DNA of 64,000 nt, from assembly GCA_030583785.1 (NCBI GenBank), contig CP129475.1, positions 479,559-543,558 on the forward strand, written 5' to 3'. This document shows positions 63,986 through 64,000 of this stretch, in pieces. A model generated the notes under the pieces. That model saw nothing but the letters and a program-made list of their open reading frames with translations. It ran no database searches and had not been told where the DNA came from. Origin of the DNA: Candidatus Dojkabacteria bacterium. GTDB taxonomy: Bacteria > Patescibacteriota > Dojkabacteria > B142 > OLB20. Numbering within the stretch: position 1 is the stretch's first letter; every line of letters begins with the position of its first letter. Both the position numbers and the translations under genes were made by a program.

Positions 63986-64000
63986 AATAAGCCTATTGCT

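Overview
Gene-dense, low-GC bacterial window; the content looks like a reduced-genome bacterium, possibly CPR/Patescibacteria-like, but that is inference only. All calls come from reading the sequence and the ORF translations; no searches were run.

Left end: the nusG-rplK-rplA-rplJ-rplL ribosomal cluster with a clean intrinsic terminator. It is followed by a tightly coupled four-gene operon of amide-bond-forming enzymes: a 7TM membrane protein, a RimK-like ATP-grasp fused to a retropepsin-like DTGA protease domain, a Mur-ligase-like protein, and a second RimK-like ATP-grasp. The architecture looks like a disassembled cyanophycin-synthetase or poly-glutamate-type ligase system.

Middle: housekeeping genes (mreB, two tandem ndk paralogs, tmk, a comEC split into two ORFs, comEA, cyclophilin, leuS, an LysM/M23 peptidase, rho, radA, a ClpC-like unfoldase, rpsA, an orphan cytoplasmic histidine kinase) and several tRNAs.

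Most striking is an rRNA locus on the minus strand that has been pulled apart (5S: 30269-30386; 23S: ~30518-33603; 16S: ~45329-46835). The canonical ITS tRNA pair (tRNA-Ile-GAT and tRNA-Ala-TGC, 42404-42641) sits in the expected order. However, an ECF sigma/anti-sigma pair lies between 16S and tRNA-Ile, and about 8.8 kb between tRNA-Ala and 23S holds five same-strand ORFs of unknown function. These include a 1264-aa protein and a 655-aa protein with a glycine-zipper transmembrane hairpin. A boxA-like antiterminator and a hairpin lie immediately upstream of the 23S.

Right end: ATP-dependent DNA ligase, a Fic-family protein with both the auto-inhibitory helix and a non-canonical Fic motif, polA, ftsH, tRNA-Met(CAT), initiator tRNA-fMet, a tyrosine recombinase next to a tRNA-Ile with a UAU anticodon, then a LamG-lectin membrane protein and a TraD/VirD4-like coupling ATPase (possible island or secretion module). 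No CRISPR array was seen.
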